Positions 9,485-20,382 of a stretch of DNA of 64,000 nt are shown in pieces. The notes beneath the pieces were generated by a model that was not told the DNA's origin, did not search any database, and was given only the letters and a program-made list of their open reading frames with translations. Where the stretch lies: assembly GCA_963708025.1 (NCBI GenBank), contig CAVPSB010000025.1:96001-160000 (forward strand), read 5' to 3'. This DNA is from an uncultured Candidatus Rokubacteria bacterium (lineage in GTDB: Bacteria > Methylomirabilota > Methylomirabilia > Rokubacteriales > DASRDR01). The position numbers were made by a program, and so were the translations under genes. The first letter of the stretch is position 1, and each line of letters opens with the position of its first letter.

Positions 9485-10339
9485 ATGCACTCACACGGTC
9501 AGGGATCCCCACGAAGTGGAGAAGGCGAAGCGCCCTGGAAGTCGCTGGAGCGGATGAACCGCTTCCAGGAACCGGAGGCGCGGCGGATCATCGCCGATCT
9601 GGCCCTGGCCCCGGGCTCACGCGGGCTCGACGTGGGCTGCGGCGTCGGGCTCTACGGCCTCTGGATGGCCGAGGCCGTGGGGAGCGCGGGGCACGTGATC
9701 GGCCTCGAGCCCGAGACGGAGCGCGTCGAAGCGGCCCGCGCCCTCGTGGGCAGCCGCATCCCGGCCGGCCGGCTCGAGTTCCGCCAGGGCGACGGGACGG
9801 CCATCCCGCTGCCCGATCGGAGCGTCAACTGGCTGTGGTGCGGCGATGTGCTCCACCACATCGTGGAGACGGAGCGGGCCCTGCGCGAGTTCCGGCGTGT
9901 GGTGCGCCCCGGGGGCCGGATCGTCATCAAGGAGTCGCAGCTCCTCTCGGCGCTCTTCCTGCCCGGTCACCCCGAGCTCGAGCGTCGGATCCAGCTGGCC
10001 GAGATCCGGCGCACTCTCGAGGAAGGCGGCGGGCGGTCGTTCCAGGAGCGACGCCAGACCACCCTCGCATCACTCCGGGCCGTGGGGCTCACCGGGGTGA
10101 CCATGCGGAGCTACCTCCTGGAGCGCCGGGCCCCGCTCGGGCCGGCCGACCACGACTATATCCAGAACACGGTCTTCGCGCGCAACTGGGGCGATCGCCT
10201 GCGCGAGCTGCTGACGCCCGATGACTGGGCTCGGCGCTCAGCCCTGTGCGAGGCGGACTCGTCCGACAATGCCCTGAAGAGCCTCGACTACTATTGCCTC
10301 TATCCGATCACGGTCTTCAGCGTGCCACTGCCCGCCTGA
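9485..10339 (+). CDS. Class I SAM-dependent methyltransferase
   Basis: GLDVGCGVG motif I, GDGTAIPLPD and RVVRPGG. Confidence 0.88.
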   Translation: MHSHGQGSPRSGEGEAPWKSLERMNRFQEPEARRIIADLALAPGSRGLDVGCGVGLYGLWMAEAVGSAGHVIGLEPETERVEAARALVGSRIPAGRLEFRQGDGTAIPLPDRSVNWLWCGDVLHHIVETERALREFRRVVRPGGRIVIKESQLLSALFLPGHPELERRIQLAEIRRTLEEGGGRSFQERRQTTLASLRAVGLTGVTMRSYLLERRAPLGPADHDYIQNTVFARNWGDRLRELLTPDDWARRSALCEADSSDNALKSLDYYCLYPITVFSVPLPA

Positions 10340-10393
10340 GCACGCGGTGCCGCTGGCGGGACGAGAGAACCTCCGATCCGGCCTGCCCGCGGC

Positions 10394-11674
10394 TCAGCCG
10401 GCCGGGAAGCGGGCGCGGAGCCAGCTCCCGAGGAGCGCCAGCACCTCCGCCCGGGTGTCCCGGGTGACGCCGGCCAGCGGGATGCCGTAGTGGTCGGCCC
10501 CCTGGATCATCGCGAAGGTCTTGTCGGCGTGCGGGGCGGCGGCGTGCTGCGCCTCGGCGTCCCGCGGGTAGACCGCGTTGTCCCCGCTGTAGCCGACGAC
10601 CAGCGTCGGGAGGCTCACTCGCGGGAGGTTGTCGAGGAGCGAGGCGCGCGAGGAGAGACCGGACCACGTCGAGAGCCAGGCCCGCGGCGTGGCGAGCCGG
10701 CCGAAGGCGAAGGGCGAGCCGTAGTTGGCGAGGTCGGGCCGGTCGCTGTAGAGGTCGCCCGGCCGGCGGTCGTTCGGCTCGAGCGAGAGGTCCAGGTAGG
10801 CCAGCTCGGCGGCAGTCCGGTAGATCACCATGATGCAGTCCCGCGACGCCCGCCGTCGCAGGAAGCCCTGCTCGGCCGGCGGCAGCGCCGCCGCCCCCGG
10901 CTCGGCCAGGCGCGCGCGGAAATAGGCCTCCTCGGCGACGTGCCGGCGGGCGCGGGCGTCGAGCCGCGCCACGCGGGCCTGCTGGGCGGCCCGGTAGCGC
11001 TCGACGAACTCGGCGCCGTAGCGCGTCGGGGCGGGGGGCACCCGGAAGCCGTTGGCGGGGTCGTACGGGTCGAGCGTCGGGTCGCAGGAGAGGACGTCGC
11101 CCTCGTCGGTCACCGACGGATCGATGGCGCGGAGCAGGAACCGGCCCTGCCCGACGTGCGCGGCCAGCGAGACGAACCCGTCGGCCGGCGGCAGCTCGTG
11201 CGCGTTCAGGTCCGGCGGGTCCCCGGCCGGGGTCGCCGCCAGCCGGCCGGGCGGCGCCGTCGCCGCCTGCGCCTGGTAGAAGGCGAAGAGCGACCCGCCG
11301 CCGCTGTTGCCGAGGAAGACCACGGACCGGGCCCCGTGCCGCTCGCGCAGCAGGCGGATGCCGGCCGCGATCTCGAGCAGCACCGTCTCGTGGATCATGG
11401 CGGTGTCGTTGTTCACCCACCGGCTGGCATGCCCGAAGGCGGCGTACCCCTGCTCGACGAGCGCGGGAATCGTGTAGTGCTGTGAGAAGTCGCTGCGCGG
11501 GTGCATCAGGTAGACGACGGTCGGCGGCACGGTCGGGCCGCGCCAGTAGAGGATGCCCCGGGAGGGCACCCCGTCGTCGGCGACGATCCGCTCCACCTGG
11601 TGGCGCACCCCCGGCGGCAGCTCGCCGAACTCCACCGGCCGGTTCGCGTGCCCGTAGCGCTTGGGCTCTGCCAT
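10394..11674 (-). CDS. Alpha/beta fold hydrolase
   Basis: GNSGGG nucleophile elbow, Asp region SGDN, and GADHY catalytic His. Confidence 0.82.
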   Translation of the reverse strand: MAEPKRYGHANRPVEFGELPPGVRHQVERIVADDGVPSRGILYWRGPTVPPTVVYLMHPRSDFSQHYTIPALVEQGYAAFGHASRWVNNDTAMIHETVLLEIAAGIRLLRERHGARSVVFLGNSGGGSLFAFYQAQAATAPPGRLAATPAGDPPDLNAHELPPADGFVSLAAHVGQGRFLLRAIDPSVTDEGDVLSCDPTLDPYDPANGFRVPPAPTRYGAEFVERYRAAQQARVARLDARARRHVAEEAYFRARLAEPGAAALPPAEQGFLRRRASRDCIMVIYRTAAELAYLDLSLEPNDRRPGDLYSDRPDLANYGSPFAFGRLATPRAWLSTWSGLSSRASLLDNLPRVSLPTLVVGYSGDNAVYPRDAEAQHAAAPHADKTFAMIQGADHYGIPLAGVTRDTRAEVLALLGSWLRARFPAG

Positions 11675-11791
11675 GTCAGTTTCGGGACCTCCCTCCCACC
11701 CCCCCAACCCCCCTCCCCCACCGTCCGACGGCCTTCGGCCTTTGGCCGGGGGGAGGGGGAGTCGGGGGATCCATTCCTTCACACCCTCTCA
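11675..11791 (-). repeat. Repeat family B copy (one hairpin module)
   Basis: Sense TGAGAGGGTGTGAAGGAATGG...GGAGGTCCCGAAACTG; homologous to 12503, 15112 and 63679. Confidence 0.88.
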
Positions 11792-12502
11792 GCCCAGGTA
11801 GGCGCGGAGTAGCTCCGGATGAGTGAGGAGGTCGGCCGGGGCGCCCTCGAGCGCCGTGAGCCGGCCGAGCTTCATCAGGTAGACGCGATCCGCGATCGGC
11901 AGCACCTGGCGGACGTTCTGCTCGACCATCAGGATCGTCGTGTGAAGCCCCCGGTTGATCTCCTTCACCTTGGCCAGCGTCTTCTCCAGCGCGAGCGGGG
12001 CCAGCCCGATCGAGGGCTCGTCGACCAGCAGCAGGGTGGGGGCGCTCATGAGCCCCATGCCGATGGCCAGCATCTGCCGCTCGCCGCCCGACAGCGAGGC
12101 CGCGCGCTGCCCGGCCCGCTCGGCCAGGACCGGGAAGAGCGCCAGCACCTGCTCGAGCTGGCGGCGCCGGGCGGTCCGGTCGGGGAGGGTCCACGCCCCC
12201 AGCTCGAGGTTCTCGCGCACGGTCATCTCGCCGAAAGTGAGGCCGCCCTGCGGCACGAGCGTGAGGCCGGCCCGAAGGTTCTCCGCGACGGAGCGCCCGG
12301 CGAGGTCCTGGCCCCGGAAGCGGATCCGCCCCTGGTAGGGCAGGAGCCCCAGGATGGCGTGGAGCGTCGTGGTCTTGCCGGCGCCGTTCGGCCCGGACAT
12401 GACCGCGGCCTCGCCGTCCTCCAGCACGAGATCGACCCCCAACAGCACCGGCTTCGGCCCGAAGCTGACCCGGAGCCCGGTGATCTCGAGCAGGGGGGCC
12501 AT
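11789..12502 (-). CDS. ABC ATPase (LivF-like)
   Basis: GPNGAGKTT, LSGGERQM and LLVDEPS motifs. Confidence 0.92.
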   Translation of the reverse strand: MAPLLEITGLRVSFGPKPVLLGVDLVLEDGEAAVMSGPNGAGKTTTLHAILGLLPYQGRIRFRGQDLAGRSVAENLRAGLTLVPQGGLTFGEMTVRENLELGAWTLPDRTARRRQLEQVLALFPVLAERAGQRAASLSGGERQMLAIGMGLMSAPTLLLVDEPSIGLAPLALEKTLAKVKEINRGLHTTILMVEQNVRQVLPIADRVYLMKLGRLTALEGAPADLLTHPELLRAYLG

Positions 12503-12638
12503 CAGTTCGTGACCTCCCGCCCACCCGATCCTTCGACGGCCTTCGGCCTTTGGCCCCCCTCCCCTACCGGTGGACGGCCTTCGGCCTTTGGCCGGAGGGA
12601 GGGGGGAGTCCAGGGCCGCATTCCGTCACACGCTCTCA
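12503..12638 (-). repeat. Repeat family B copy (two hairpin modules)
   Basis: Spans exactly from the livG-like stop codon to the livF-like ATG. Confidence 0.9.
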
Positions 12639-13418
12639 GGGCGACGCGCCGGGCGGCGCATCGAGACTGCCGCCCAGGTACGTGGTCACCACGACGGGAT
12701 CCGCCCGGACTGCCGCCGGGGGGCCGGCGGCGATCAGCCGGCCGTGGTCGAGGGCGACCACCCAGTCGGAGACGCCCATCACGGCCTCCATGTTGTGGTT
12801 GACCAGCAGCACGGTGCGGCCGCGCGCCACCAGGTCCCGGATGATCCTCAGGATGCCGTCGATCATGGCGGGAGGCAGCCCCGCCACCGGCTCGTCGAGC
12901 AGGACCAGCCGGGCGTCGGTCGCCAGCACCCGGGCGATGGCCAGGAGCTTCTGATCCCCGTACGCCAGGCGATCGGCCGCCTCCTCGGCCCGGTCGCCGA
13001 GGCCGACCAGCTCCAGGATCTCACGGGCCCGGTGCCGGGCGGGATCGCGCGCGGCCGGCGGCCGGCGCCCGAGGATTGCGCCGGCGAGGCGCTCGCCGGC
13101 CTGGTCCGGCACGCCGAAGAGCACGTTCTCGAGCGCGGTCATCCGGCGGAAGAGCTTCACGTCCTGGAACGTCCGCGCGATCCCGAGCCGGGCGATCCGG
13201 TCGGGCGGCAGCGAGCCGATGAGACGGCCGTCGTAGACGATGCGACCCGCGTCGCAGGAGAGAAAGCCGCCGATGACGTGGAAGAGGGTGGTCTTGCCGG
13301 CCCCGTTGGGGCCGATCAGGCCCGTGATGCGCGCCGGCTCGACGGCGAAGGAGACGTCGGCCAGCGCCTGGACGCCGCCGAACCGCTTGGAGACCCGATC
13401 CACCTCGAGGAGGGCCAT
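12636..13418 (-). CDS. ABC ATPase (LivG-like)
   Basis: GPNGAGKTT, ARTFQ and LLDEPVAG motifs. Confidence 0.92.
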   Translation of the reverse strand: MALLEVDRVSKRFGGVQALADVSFAVEPARITGLIGPNGAGKTTLFHVIGGFLSCDAGRIVYDGRLIGSLPPDRIARLGIARTFQDVKLFRRMTALENVLFGVPDQAGERLAGAILGRRPPAARDPARHRAREILELVGLGDRAEEAADRLAYGDQKLLAIARVLATDARLVLLDEPVAGLPPAMIDGILRIIRDLVARGRTVLLVNHNMEAVMGVSDWVVALDHGRLIAAGPPAAVRADPVVVTTYLGGSLDAPPGASP

Positions 13419-13431
13419 CGCGTGCCCCGCA

Positions 13432-13818
13432 TTATAGCTTCGGCGCGGACGGCAGGGCGCGGAGGTAGGCGATCAGCGCCTGGATCTCGCCGTCGGTCAG
13501 GGTGAAGCCGAAGGACGGCATGCCCGGCTTGCCGAAGGTCGAACCGCCCTGCCGGATGATGTCGGCGAGGTACTGGTCGGGGAGGGCCGCCGTCTCGGGG
13601 CCGGCCAGGTTGCCGGGGCGCAGGAGGAGGAGCCGGGCCCGCCAGGAGCCGCCGCGTCCGTCGGAGCCGTGGCAGGTCGCGCAGTGGGCGTGGAAGAGCG
13701 AGCGACCCGGCTCGGGGCCCGGCGGGCTGGGCGGGAGCGGGGCGAGGAGCAGCACGGCGACCAGCGCGACGAGGCCGAGCGTGACGAGGCCGGCGGCCCC
13801 GAGCAGGATCCGCTTCAT
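13432..13818 (-). CDS. Membrane-anchored monoheme class I cytochrome c
   Basis: N-terminal TM helix, CATCH heme motif, distal Met in GMPSF. Confidence 0.88.
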   Translation of the reverse strand: MKRILLGAAGLVTLGLVALVAVLLLAPLPPSPPGPEPGRSLFHAHCATCHGSDGRGGSWRARLLLLRPGNLAGPETAALPDQYLADIIRQGGSTFGKPGMPSFGFTLTDGEIQALIAYLRALPSAPKL

Positions 13819-14561
13819 CGGCCCGGGGTCGGAGGCTGGCCAGGCGCCAGCTCGAGCAGCGTGCGGCGCACCTCCGGGTCCTCGAGGAGCGCCGGTCCGG
13901 GTCCTTCCGTGAGGACCTGGCCCTGCTGGAGGACGTAGGCCCGGTCGGCCAGCCCGAGGAGGCGGCGGACGTGCTGGCCGGCGGCGAGGATCGCGACGCC
14001 CCGGACGCGGGTCAGCTCGCGCAGGACGGCGCAGAAGCGCGCGATCGCCGTCCGGGCGAGGCCGAGGAAGGGGTCGTCCAGGATGAGCAGCCGGGGCCGC
14101 GCCATCAGGCCGCGGGCGAGGGCCACCATCTGCTGCTCGCCGCCCGACAGCGTGCCGGCCGCCCGGTCCCGCGCGTCGCGCACGAGGGGGAACAGCTCCT
14201 CGCACATGGCGCGGGCGGCGATCGCCTCCCGGCGCGCCGGTGCCAGGTAGGCGCCGAGCTCGAGGTTCTCGCCCACCGTCAGCTCCTCGAAGAGCCCGCG
14301 GCCCTCGGGGATCGTCGCCACGCCGAGCGCGGCGATGCGGTAGGGCGCCAGCCCGTCGATCCGGACGCCGTCGAGCCGGATGGTCCCGCCGCGGAGCGGC
14401 AGCCGGCCGGTGACGGCGCGCAGGAGCGTCGTCTTGCCGGCGCCGTTGCCGCCGACGAGGGCGACCAGCTCCGCGGCCCCGACCGCGATCGACACGTCCT
14501 GCACGATCAGGGCGCCTCCGTAGCCCGCGCTCACGCCCTCGACGGCCAGCAGCGGCGTCAT
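13815..14561 (-). CDS. ABC ATPase (LivF-like)
   Basis: GGNGAGKTT, PEGR and LSGGEQQM; Walker B reads LILDD rather than DE. Confidence 0.88.
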   Translation of the reverse strand: MTPLLAVEGVSAGYGGALIVQDVSIAVGAAELVALVGGNGAGKTTLLRAVTGRLPLRGGTIRLDGVRIDGLAPYRIAALGVATIPEGRGLFEELTVGENLELGAYLAPARREAIAARAMCEELFPLVRDARDRAAGTLSGGEQQMVALARGLMARPRLLILDDPFLGLARTAIARFCAVLRELTRVRGVAILAAGQHVRRLLGLADRAYVLQQGQVLTEGPGPALLEDPEVRRTLLELAPGQPPTPGR

Positions 14562-15133
14562 CTCGGCACCAGGGTGAGGTCGAAGCGCACCTTGACGTCG
14601 TCCTTGATCGGGTTGAGCCGGCTCTGGTAGGCGATGCCGAACTCCTGCCGGTTCACGACCAGGTCGCCGGTGACGCGGATCGCCCCGCCGGTGAGGGCCA
14701 CGGTGACCGGCACCGTGACGGGCCGGCTCACGCCGCGGATCGTCAGCTCGCCGCCGACGAGGACGCGCTCGCCCTCGCGCCGCACCCCCGCGACGACGAG
14801 CGTCGCCTCGGGGTGGCTTCGGGCGTCGAAGAAGTCCTCGCTGCGCAGGTGGTTGTCCCGCGTCCCGTTCGCGGTGTCGATCGAGGCCACCTCGACGGTG
14901 ACCCGGCCGGCGGCCGTCTCGAGACGTCCGTCCTCGAGACGCAGCTCCCCGCCGAAACGCCGGAAGCCGCCGTCGGCGTCCATGAAGCGGGAGACCGCGT
15001 AGAAGCGGAGCTGGCTGCGGGCCGGGTCGATGGCGTAGAGCCGGGGCTCCGCGCGCGCCGCGACGGAGGGCAGCAGGAGGAGCGCGACCAGCGCCAGCGC
15101 GCGACCGACGTCTGTTCGGGACCTCCCGCCCAC
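14558..15133 (-). CDS. YceI family polyisoprenoid-binding protein (start uncertain, lies inside repeat B)
   Basis: SIDTANGTRDNHLRSEDFFD and GELTIRGV motifs; signal peptide. Confidence 0.85.
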   Translation of the reverse strand: MGGRSRTDVGRALALVALLLLPSVAARAEPRLYAIDPARSQLRFYAVSRFMDADGGFRRFGGELRLEDGRLETAAGRVTVEVASIDTANGTRDNHLRSEDFFDARSHPEATLVVAGVRREGERVLVGGELTIRGVSRPVTVPVTVALTGGAIRVTGDLVVNRQEFGIAYQSRLNPIKDDVKVRFDLTLVPR

Positions 15134-15245
15134 CCGATCCTTCGACGGCCTTCGGCCTTTGGCCCCCCTCCCCCACCGTCGGACGGCCTTCGGCCTTTGG
15201 CCGGGGAGGGGGGAGCCGGAGCACCCCATTCCCTCACTGCTCTTA
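15112..15245 (-). repeat. Repeat family B copy (two hairpin modules)
   Basis: Near-identical core to 12503-12638. Confidence 0.9.
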
Positions 15246-15965
15246 CTCCTCGTCGCCAAGGTAGGCCTCCTTCACCCGTGGCGAGCCGAGGACCTCGACC
15301 GGCCGGCCGTCCGCCACGATCGCGCCCTGGTCCAGCACCACCATCCGGTCGGCCAGCTCGGCGAGCACGCCGACCGAGTGCTCGATCGCCAGGATCGTGA
15401 GCCCGCGGGCCCGGAGCCGGCCGTAGAAGCGGATGACCTCCTCGCGCCCCCGGGGCGTCAGGCCGGCGGACAGCTCGTCGAGGAGGAGCAGCCGCGGCTC
15501 GGGGCCGAGGGCGCAGGCCAGCTCGAGCCGCTTCTGCTGGCCGAGCGAGAGCTCCCCGGCGCGCGCGGTCGGCCGATCGTGGAGGCCGACCAGCTCGAGC
15601 AGCCGCTCGGCCCGTCGCCGGCGCTCGCTCGCGGAGCGGCGGCGATGGCCGCCGCCGAACGTGACGCCGACGAGGACGTTGTCGAGAGCCGGCAGGTCGT
15701 TGAAGAGCCGGGCGATCTGGAAGGTCCGGCCGATCCCGAGGGCGGCGATCCGGTGGGGCGGCAGGCGGGTCAGGTCGGCTCCCTGGAACCGGACGGCGCC
15801 GGCGGTCGGCCGGACGAGCCCGCTGACGACGTCGAAGAGCGTCGTCTTGCCGGCGCCGTTCGGCCCGAGGACGGCGACCAGCGAGCCCGGCTCGATCGCC
15901 AGGCTCACCTCGCGGAGCGCCTCGAGCCCGCCGTACCGCTTGCTCACCCGCTGGAGCTCGAGCAT
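15243..15965 (-). CDS. ABC ATPase (LivG-like)
   Basis: GPNGAGKTT, GRTFQ, LLLDE and EAYLG motifs. Confidence 0.92.
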   Translation of the reverse strand: MLELQRVSKRYGGLEALREVSLAIEPGSLVAVLGPNGAGKTTLFDVVSGLVRPTAGAVRFQGADLTRLPPHRIAALGIGRTFQIARLFNDLPALDNVLVGVTFGGGHRRRSASERRRRAERLLELVGLHDRPTARAGELSLGQQKRLELACALGPEPRLLLLDELSAGLTPRGREEVIRFYGRLRARGLTILAIEHSVGVLAELADRMVVLDQGAIVADGRPVEVLGSPRVKEAYLGDEE

Positions 15966-16894
15966 CACGCGCGACGGAGGAGGCCGGCCAGGCCCTTCGG
16001 GAAGACCAGCACCACCAGGATGAGCGCCGCCGCGTAGGGGAGCTGGTGGAGGCGCGGGAGGGCCGGCTGGAGCACGACCTCCGAGACCAGGTAGAGGAGC
16101 AGGGCGCCGGCCGCCGGCCCCAGGAGCGCGTGCACGCCGCCGAAGACCGCCATGATGAGCGGCAGGAGCGACAGCGCGCGGCCGAAGACCAGGTCCGGCT
16201 CGATGAACCGCACGGCGTGGGCGTAGAGGGCCCCGCCCGCCGCCGTGAGGGCGCCGGAGCAGGCGAAGGCGAGGAGCGTGTACGGCGCCGGGTTCACGCC
16301 GAGGAGCTGGGCGCGCTGGCGCGACTCGCGGATCGCCGCCCACGCCAGCCCGACCCGCGTGCGACGGAGCCCGGCGAACGCGCCGAGCGCCAGCAGCAGG
16401 AGGCCGAGCGCCAGGTAGTAACCGCCGGCGCGGTCGCGCGTCAGCTCGAGAGGCAGGCCGGGCAGGGCTGGCAAGGCGGGGATCCCGATCAGCCCGGCGC
16501 CGCCGCCGGTCAGCGCCGTCCAGTTGAGCGCGATCAGCCGCCCGCCCTCGGCGTAGGCGAAGGTGGCCAGCGCCAGGTAGGCGCCGGCCAGGCGCTGGGC
16601 GGTGAGCCCGATCGGCACGGCCACCGCGGCGCCCACGCCGACGGCGGCGGCGACGGCGAGCCAGGGGCTCCACCCCGCGCGCTGGCTGAGGAGGGCGCTG
16701 GCGTAGGCGCCGGCCCCGAAGTAGACGGCGTGGCCGAAGGAGATCTGGCCGGCGAAGGCGAGGAGGCTCCACGCGCTGGCCAGGGTGGCCCACCGGAAGG
16801 CCGCGCCGAGGACGTAGAGGGCATAGGGATCGAAGCCGAGGAGCGGCGGCCCGGCCAGGGCCAGGGCGAGGATCGCCACCGGGAGCGCCTTCAT
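15965..16894 (-). CDS. LivM-like ABC permease
   Basis: GQISFGHAVYFGAGAY and LTGGGAG motifs. Confidence 0.88.
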   Translation of the reverse strand: MKALPVAILALALAGPPLLGFDPYALYVLGAAFRWATLASAWSLLAFAGQISFGHAVYFGAGAYASALLSQRAGWSPWLAVAAAVGVGAAVAVPIGLTAQRLAGAYLALATFAYAEGGRLIALNWTALTGGGAGLIGIPALPALPGLPLELTRDRAGGYYLALGLLLLALGAFAGLRRTRVGLAWAAIRESRQRAQLLGVNPAPYTLLAFACSGALTAAGGALYAHAVRFIEPDLVFGRALSLLPLIMAVFGGVHALLGPAAGALLLYLVSEVVLQPALPRLHQLPYAAALILVVLVFPKGLAGLLRRA

Positions 16895-17769
16895 CCGGCG
16901 GGCTTTCGCTCGGGGGTCCCCGGGCGGGCGAGGAGCACGGCCAGCAGCACGGCGACCACGACCAGCTCCCGCCAGCGCGGGCCGGCCCAGGCGAGCGTCA
17001 GCGCCTCGAGGAGGCCGATCGCGAGCCCGGCGCCCAGGAGGCCGACCAGCGGCTCCCGGCGGCTCCAGGCGCGGCCGAGGATCGCCAGCGTGATGGCCGA
17101 GAGCGTCAGCTCGACGCCCGCCCCGGGGTGCAGGTAGTGGGACGCGGCGAAGAGCACGCCGCCGAGGCCGGCGATGGCCGCCGCCGCCGCGAAGGTCACC
17201 ACGGAGACCCGGTCCGTGTTGACGCCGAGGAGGGCGGCCGTCCCCGCGTCCCGCGCCGTGGCCCGGAGGGCGATGCCCCACCGGGTGTGGTCGAGCAGGA
17301 GCTGGAGCCCGACGATGGTCACCAGCGCGACCCCGGCCGCGGCCCCCCGCGGAGCCGACATCCCGAGGATCCCGGTGGCGGCGCCCGCCTCGCTCGCGGT
17401 CGCGATGATGCGGTAGTCGGCGGACCAGGTCGCCAGCATGGCGTCCTGGAGGAGGAGCGAGAGGCCGAAGGTGAGCGCCATGCTGTTCAGCTCGACCGGC
17501 TCCCGCACCCGGTGGAGGAGCGCGCGCCAGACGAGGCCGACCGGGATCAGGGCGACGGCGGCGAGCGGCGCCAGCACGAGCGGCGGCCACCCGGAGAGGC
17601 GCCCGGCCGTGTAGCCGAGGTAGCCGCCGAGCAGGACCCACTCGCCGTGGGCGAGGTTGAGCGCGCGCGTGAGCCCGAAGACCGCGGCGAAGGCCAGGGC
17701 CAGAAAGGCGTAGAACGCGCCGTTGGCCAGGCCGGCGAGGACCGCCTCGCCCAGCGTCGTCAGGCTCAC
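16891..17769 (-). CDS. LivH-like ABC permease
   Basis: LNLAHGE and GIALRATA motifs. Confidence 0.88.
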   Translation of the reverse strand: MSLTTLGEAVLAGLANGAFYAFLALAFAAVFGLTRALNLAHGEWVLLGGYLGYTAGRLSGWPPLVLAPLAAVALIPVGLVWRALLHRVREPVELNSMALTFGLSLLLQDAMLATWSADYRIIATASEAGAATGILGMSAPRGAAAGVALVTIVGLQLLLDHTRWGIALRATARDAGTAALLGVNTDRVSVVTFAAAAAIAGLGGVLFAASHYLHPGAGVELTLSAITLAILGRAWSRREPLVGLLGAGLAIGLLEALTLAWAGPRWRELVVVAVLLAVLLARPGTPERKPAG

Positions 17770-17771
17770 CA

Positions 17772-17927
17772 GGGTCCTTGGGGCGCCAAAACCAATGCAG
17801 GTGAGCTGCCTCCTCGGGGGCAGGGCCGAGGAGCGAGCAGCGCCCACAGGCCGAAGGCCGTCCGATCGACGTAGGCCGAGCGCGTCACGACCGAGATGAA
17901 CATTGCGACGCTCATCGGCCCTGCCCG
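17772..17927 (-). repeat. Repeat family A, short copy with one hairpin module
   Basis: Closing stem GGGCAGGGCCGA/TCGGCCCTGCCC; shares TGAGCGTCGCAATGTTCATCTCGGTCG and GCGCTGCTCGCTCC with other copies. Confidence 0.85.
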
Positions 17928-19121
17928 CTAGGACGCGGACGGGCGGGGATGGATCAGGCGCGCCGTGGCCGCGCCGGCCGGGTAGACGACGACGTGGCGG
18001 CCGCCCTGGATCTGGACGATCACCCGCTGGTAGAAGAGCGGGTCGCCATCGGGGGCGAACCGGACCCGGCCCAGCGGCGTCTCGACGTTGACGCGGCCGA
18101 GCGCCGCCCGCAGGGGCTCGCCCGCCGCCGGCTGGCCGTCGCGAGCGGCCGCCTCCAGCGCGACCAGCAGCGCGCGAGCGGCGGCATAGCCGTGCATGGC
18201 CAGCGGCACCGGCTCCTGCTTGAAGCGGTTCCGGTAGGCGTCGACGAAGCTCCGCGATTCGTCGGGGGCAGCCGGCACGAACACCCCCGGCTGCCAGGCC
18301 GTCGTTCCCAGGAGGCCCTCGGCCGCGGCGCCCAGCTCGCGGATCACCGCCGGGAACTCGAGGCCGAAGGCGCCGAGGAACCCCTTGGCACGCCACCCGC
18401 TCCGGGGGAGCTGCCGCACGATGAGGAGATGGTCGGCGAAGAAGGCGTCGGAGAGGAGCACCTCGGCGTCCTTGTCGCGGGCCCGGTTGAGCAGCGGGGT
18501 GAAGTCGGCCAGGCCGGGCGAGAACGGCTCGAAGACCGCGACCGGGATGGAGGCGGCGGCCAGCGCGTCGCGCTGGCGCGTGGCGAGCTGGCTGGCACCG
18601 GGCGTCGACGAGTAGAGGATCGCCACGCGGGCCGGCCGCAGGGCGTCCCGGACCACGCCGACGGTCGACTCGATGTAGGGCTCGAGGCTGGAGACCCGGA
18701 AGAAGTAGCGGTAGCCGCGCTGGCTGAGCCGCTCGTCGAGCGAGGCCGTCGCGAGGTAGGGCGTCCGGCTGCGCTCGGCGACCTCGCTGACGGGGCCGAC
18801 CAGGCTGTCGACGTAGCCCCCGATCAGCGCCGCCACGCGGTGGCGCGCGGTCAGCTCCTCGGCCGCCGCGATGGCGCGCTCGGGCTTGCCCTCGTCGTCC
18901 CGCTCGAGGAGCCGCACCGGCCGCCCGGCGACGCCGCCCCGCAGGTTGGCGGCCTCGACCGCGATCTGGATCCCCTGGGCCACCGCCAGCCCCTGGGCGG
19001 CCAGCGGGCCGGTCCGGGAGTTGATCTCGCCGACGACGAGCGGCTCGACGGCGTCGGCCGGCGCGGCGATCACGGCGAGAGCCAGCAGGGTGACGGCACG
19101 AAGCGGGTGGCGGAGCTTCAT
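17928..19121 (-). CDS. ABC substrate-binding protein (LivK-like)
   Basis: Signal peptide and ANLRGGVAGRPVRL signature. Confidence 0.88.
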   Translation of the reverse strand: MKLRHPLRAVTLLALAVIAAPADAVEPLVVGEINSRTGPLAAQGLAVAQGIQIAVEAANLRGGVAGRPVRLLERDDEGKPERAIAAAEELTARHRVAALIGGYVDSLVGPVSEVAERSRTPYLATASLDERLSQRGYRYFFRVSSLEPYIESTVGVVRDALRPARVAILYSSTPGASQLATRQRDALAAASIPVAVFEPFSPGLADFTPLLNRARDKDAEVLLSDAFFADHLLIVRQLPRSGWRAKGFLGAFGLEFPAVIRELGAAAEGLLGTTAWQPGVFVPAAPDESRSFVDAYRNRFKQEPVPLAMHGYAAARALLVALEAAARDGQPAAGEPLRAALGRVNVETPLGRVRFAPDGDPLFYQRVIVQIQGGRHVVVYPAGAATARLIHPRPSAS

Positions 19122-19138
19122 CGGGCGGGGAGCACGTT

Positions 19139-19166
19139 CGGCGGGGGGCCGGGCGGCCCCCCGCCG
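19139..19166 (-). terminator. GC-rich stem-loop after the ATPase gene
   Basis: CGGCGGGGGGCC-GGGC-GGCCCCCCGCCG perfect hairpin; no U-tract. Confidence 0.5.
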
Positions 19167-19176
19167 GGGATCTGGA

Positions 19177-20268
<1,092 letters not shown>

Positions 20269-20382
20269 GAGGACGCTCCCTTGGGTCCCTGGTCGGTGAT
20301 GTTCCCGTGGTTAGGGCGGCGACGCCAGGACTCGGTCGCCGTCAACCGCAGCTGGCCGCAGCTAGGATCGCCAGCCGGGGGT

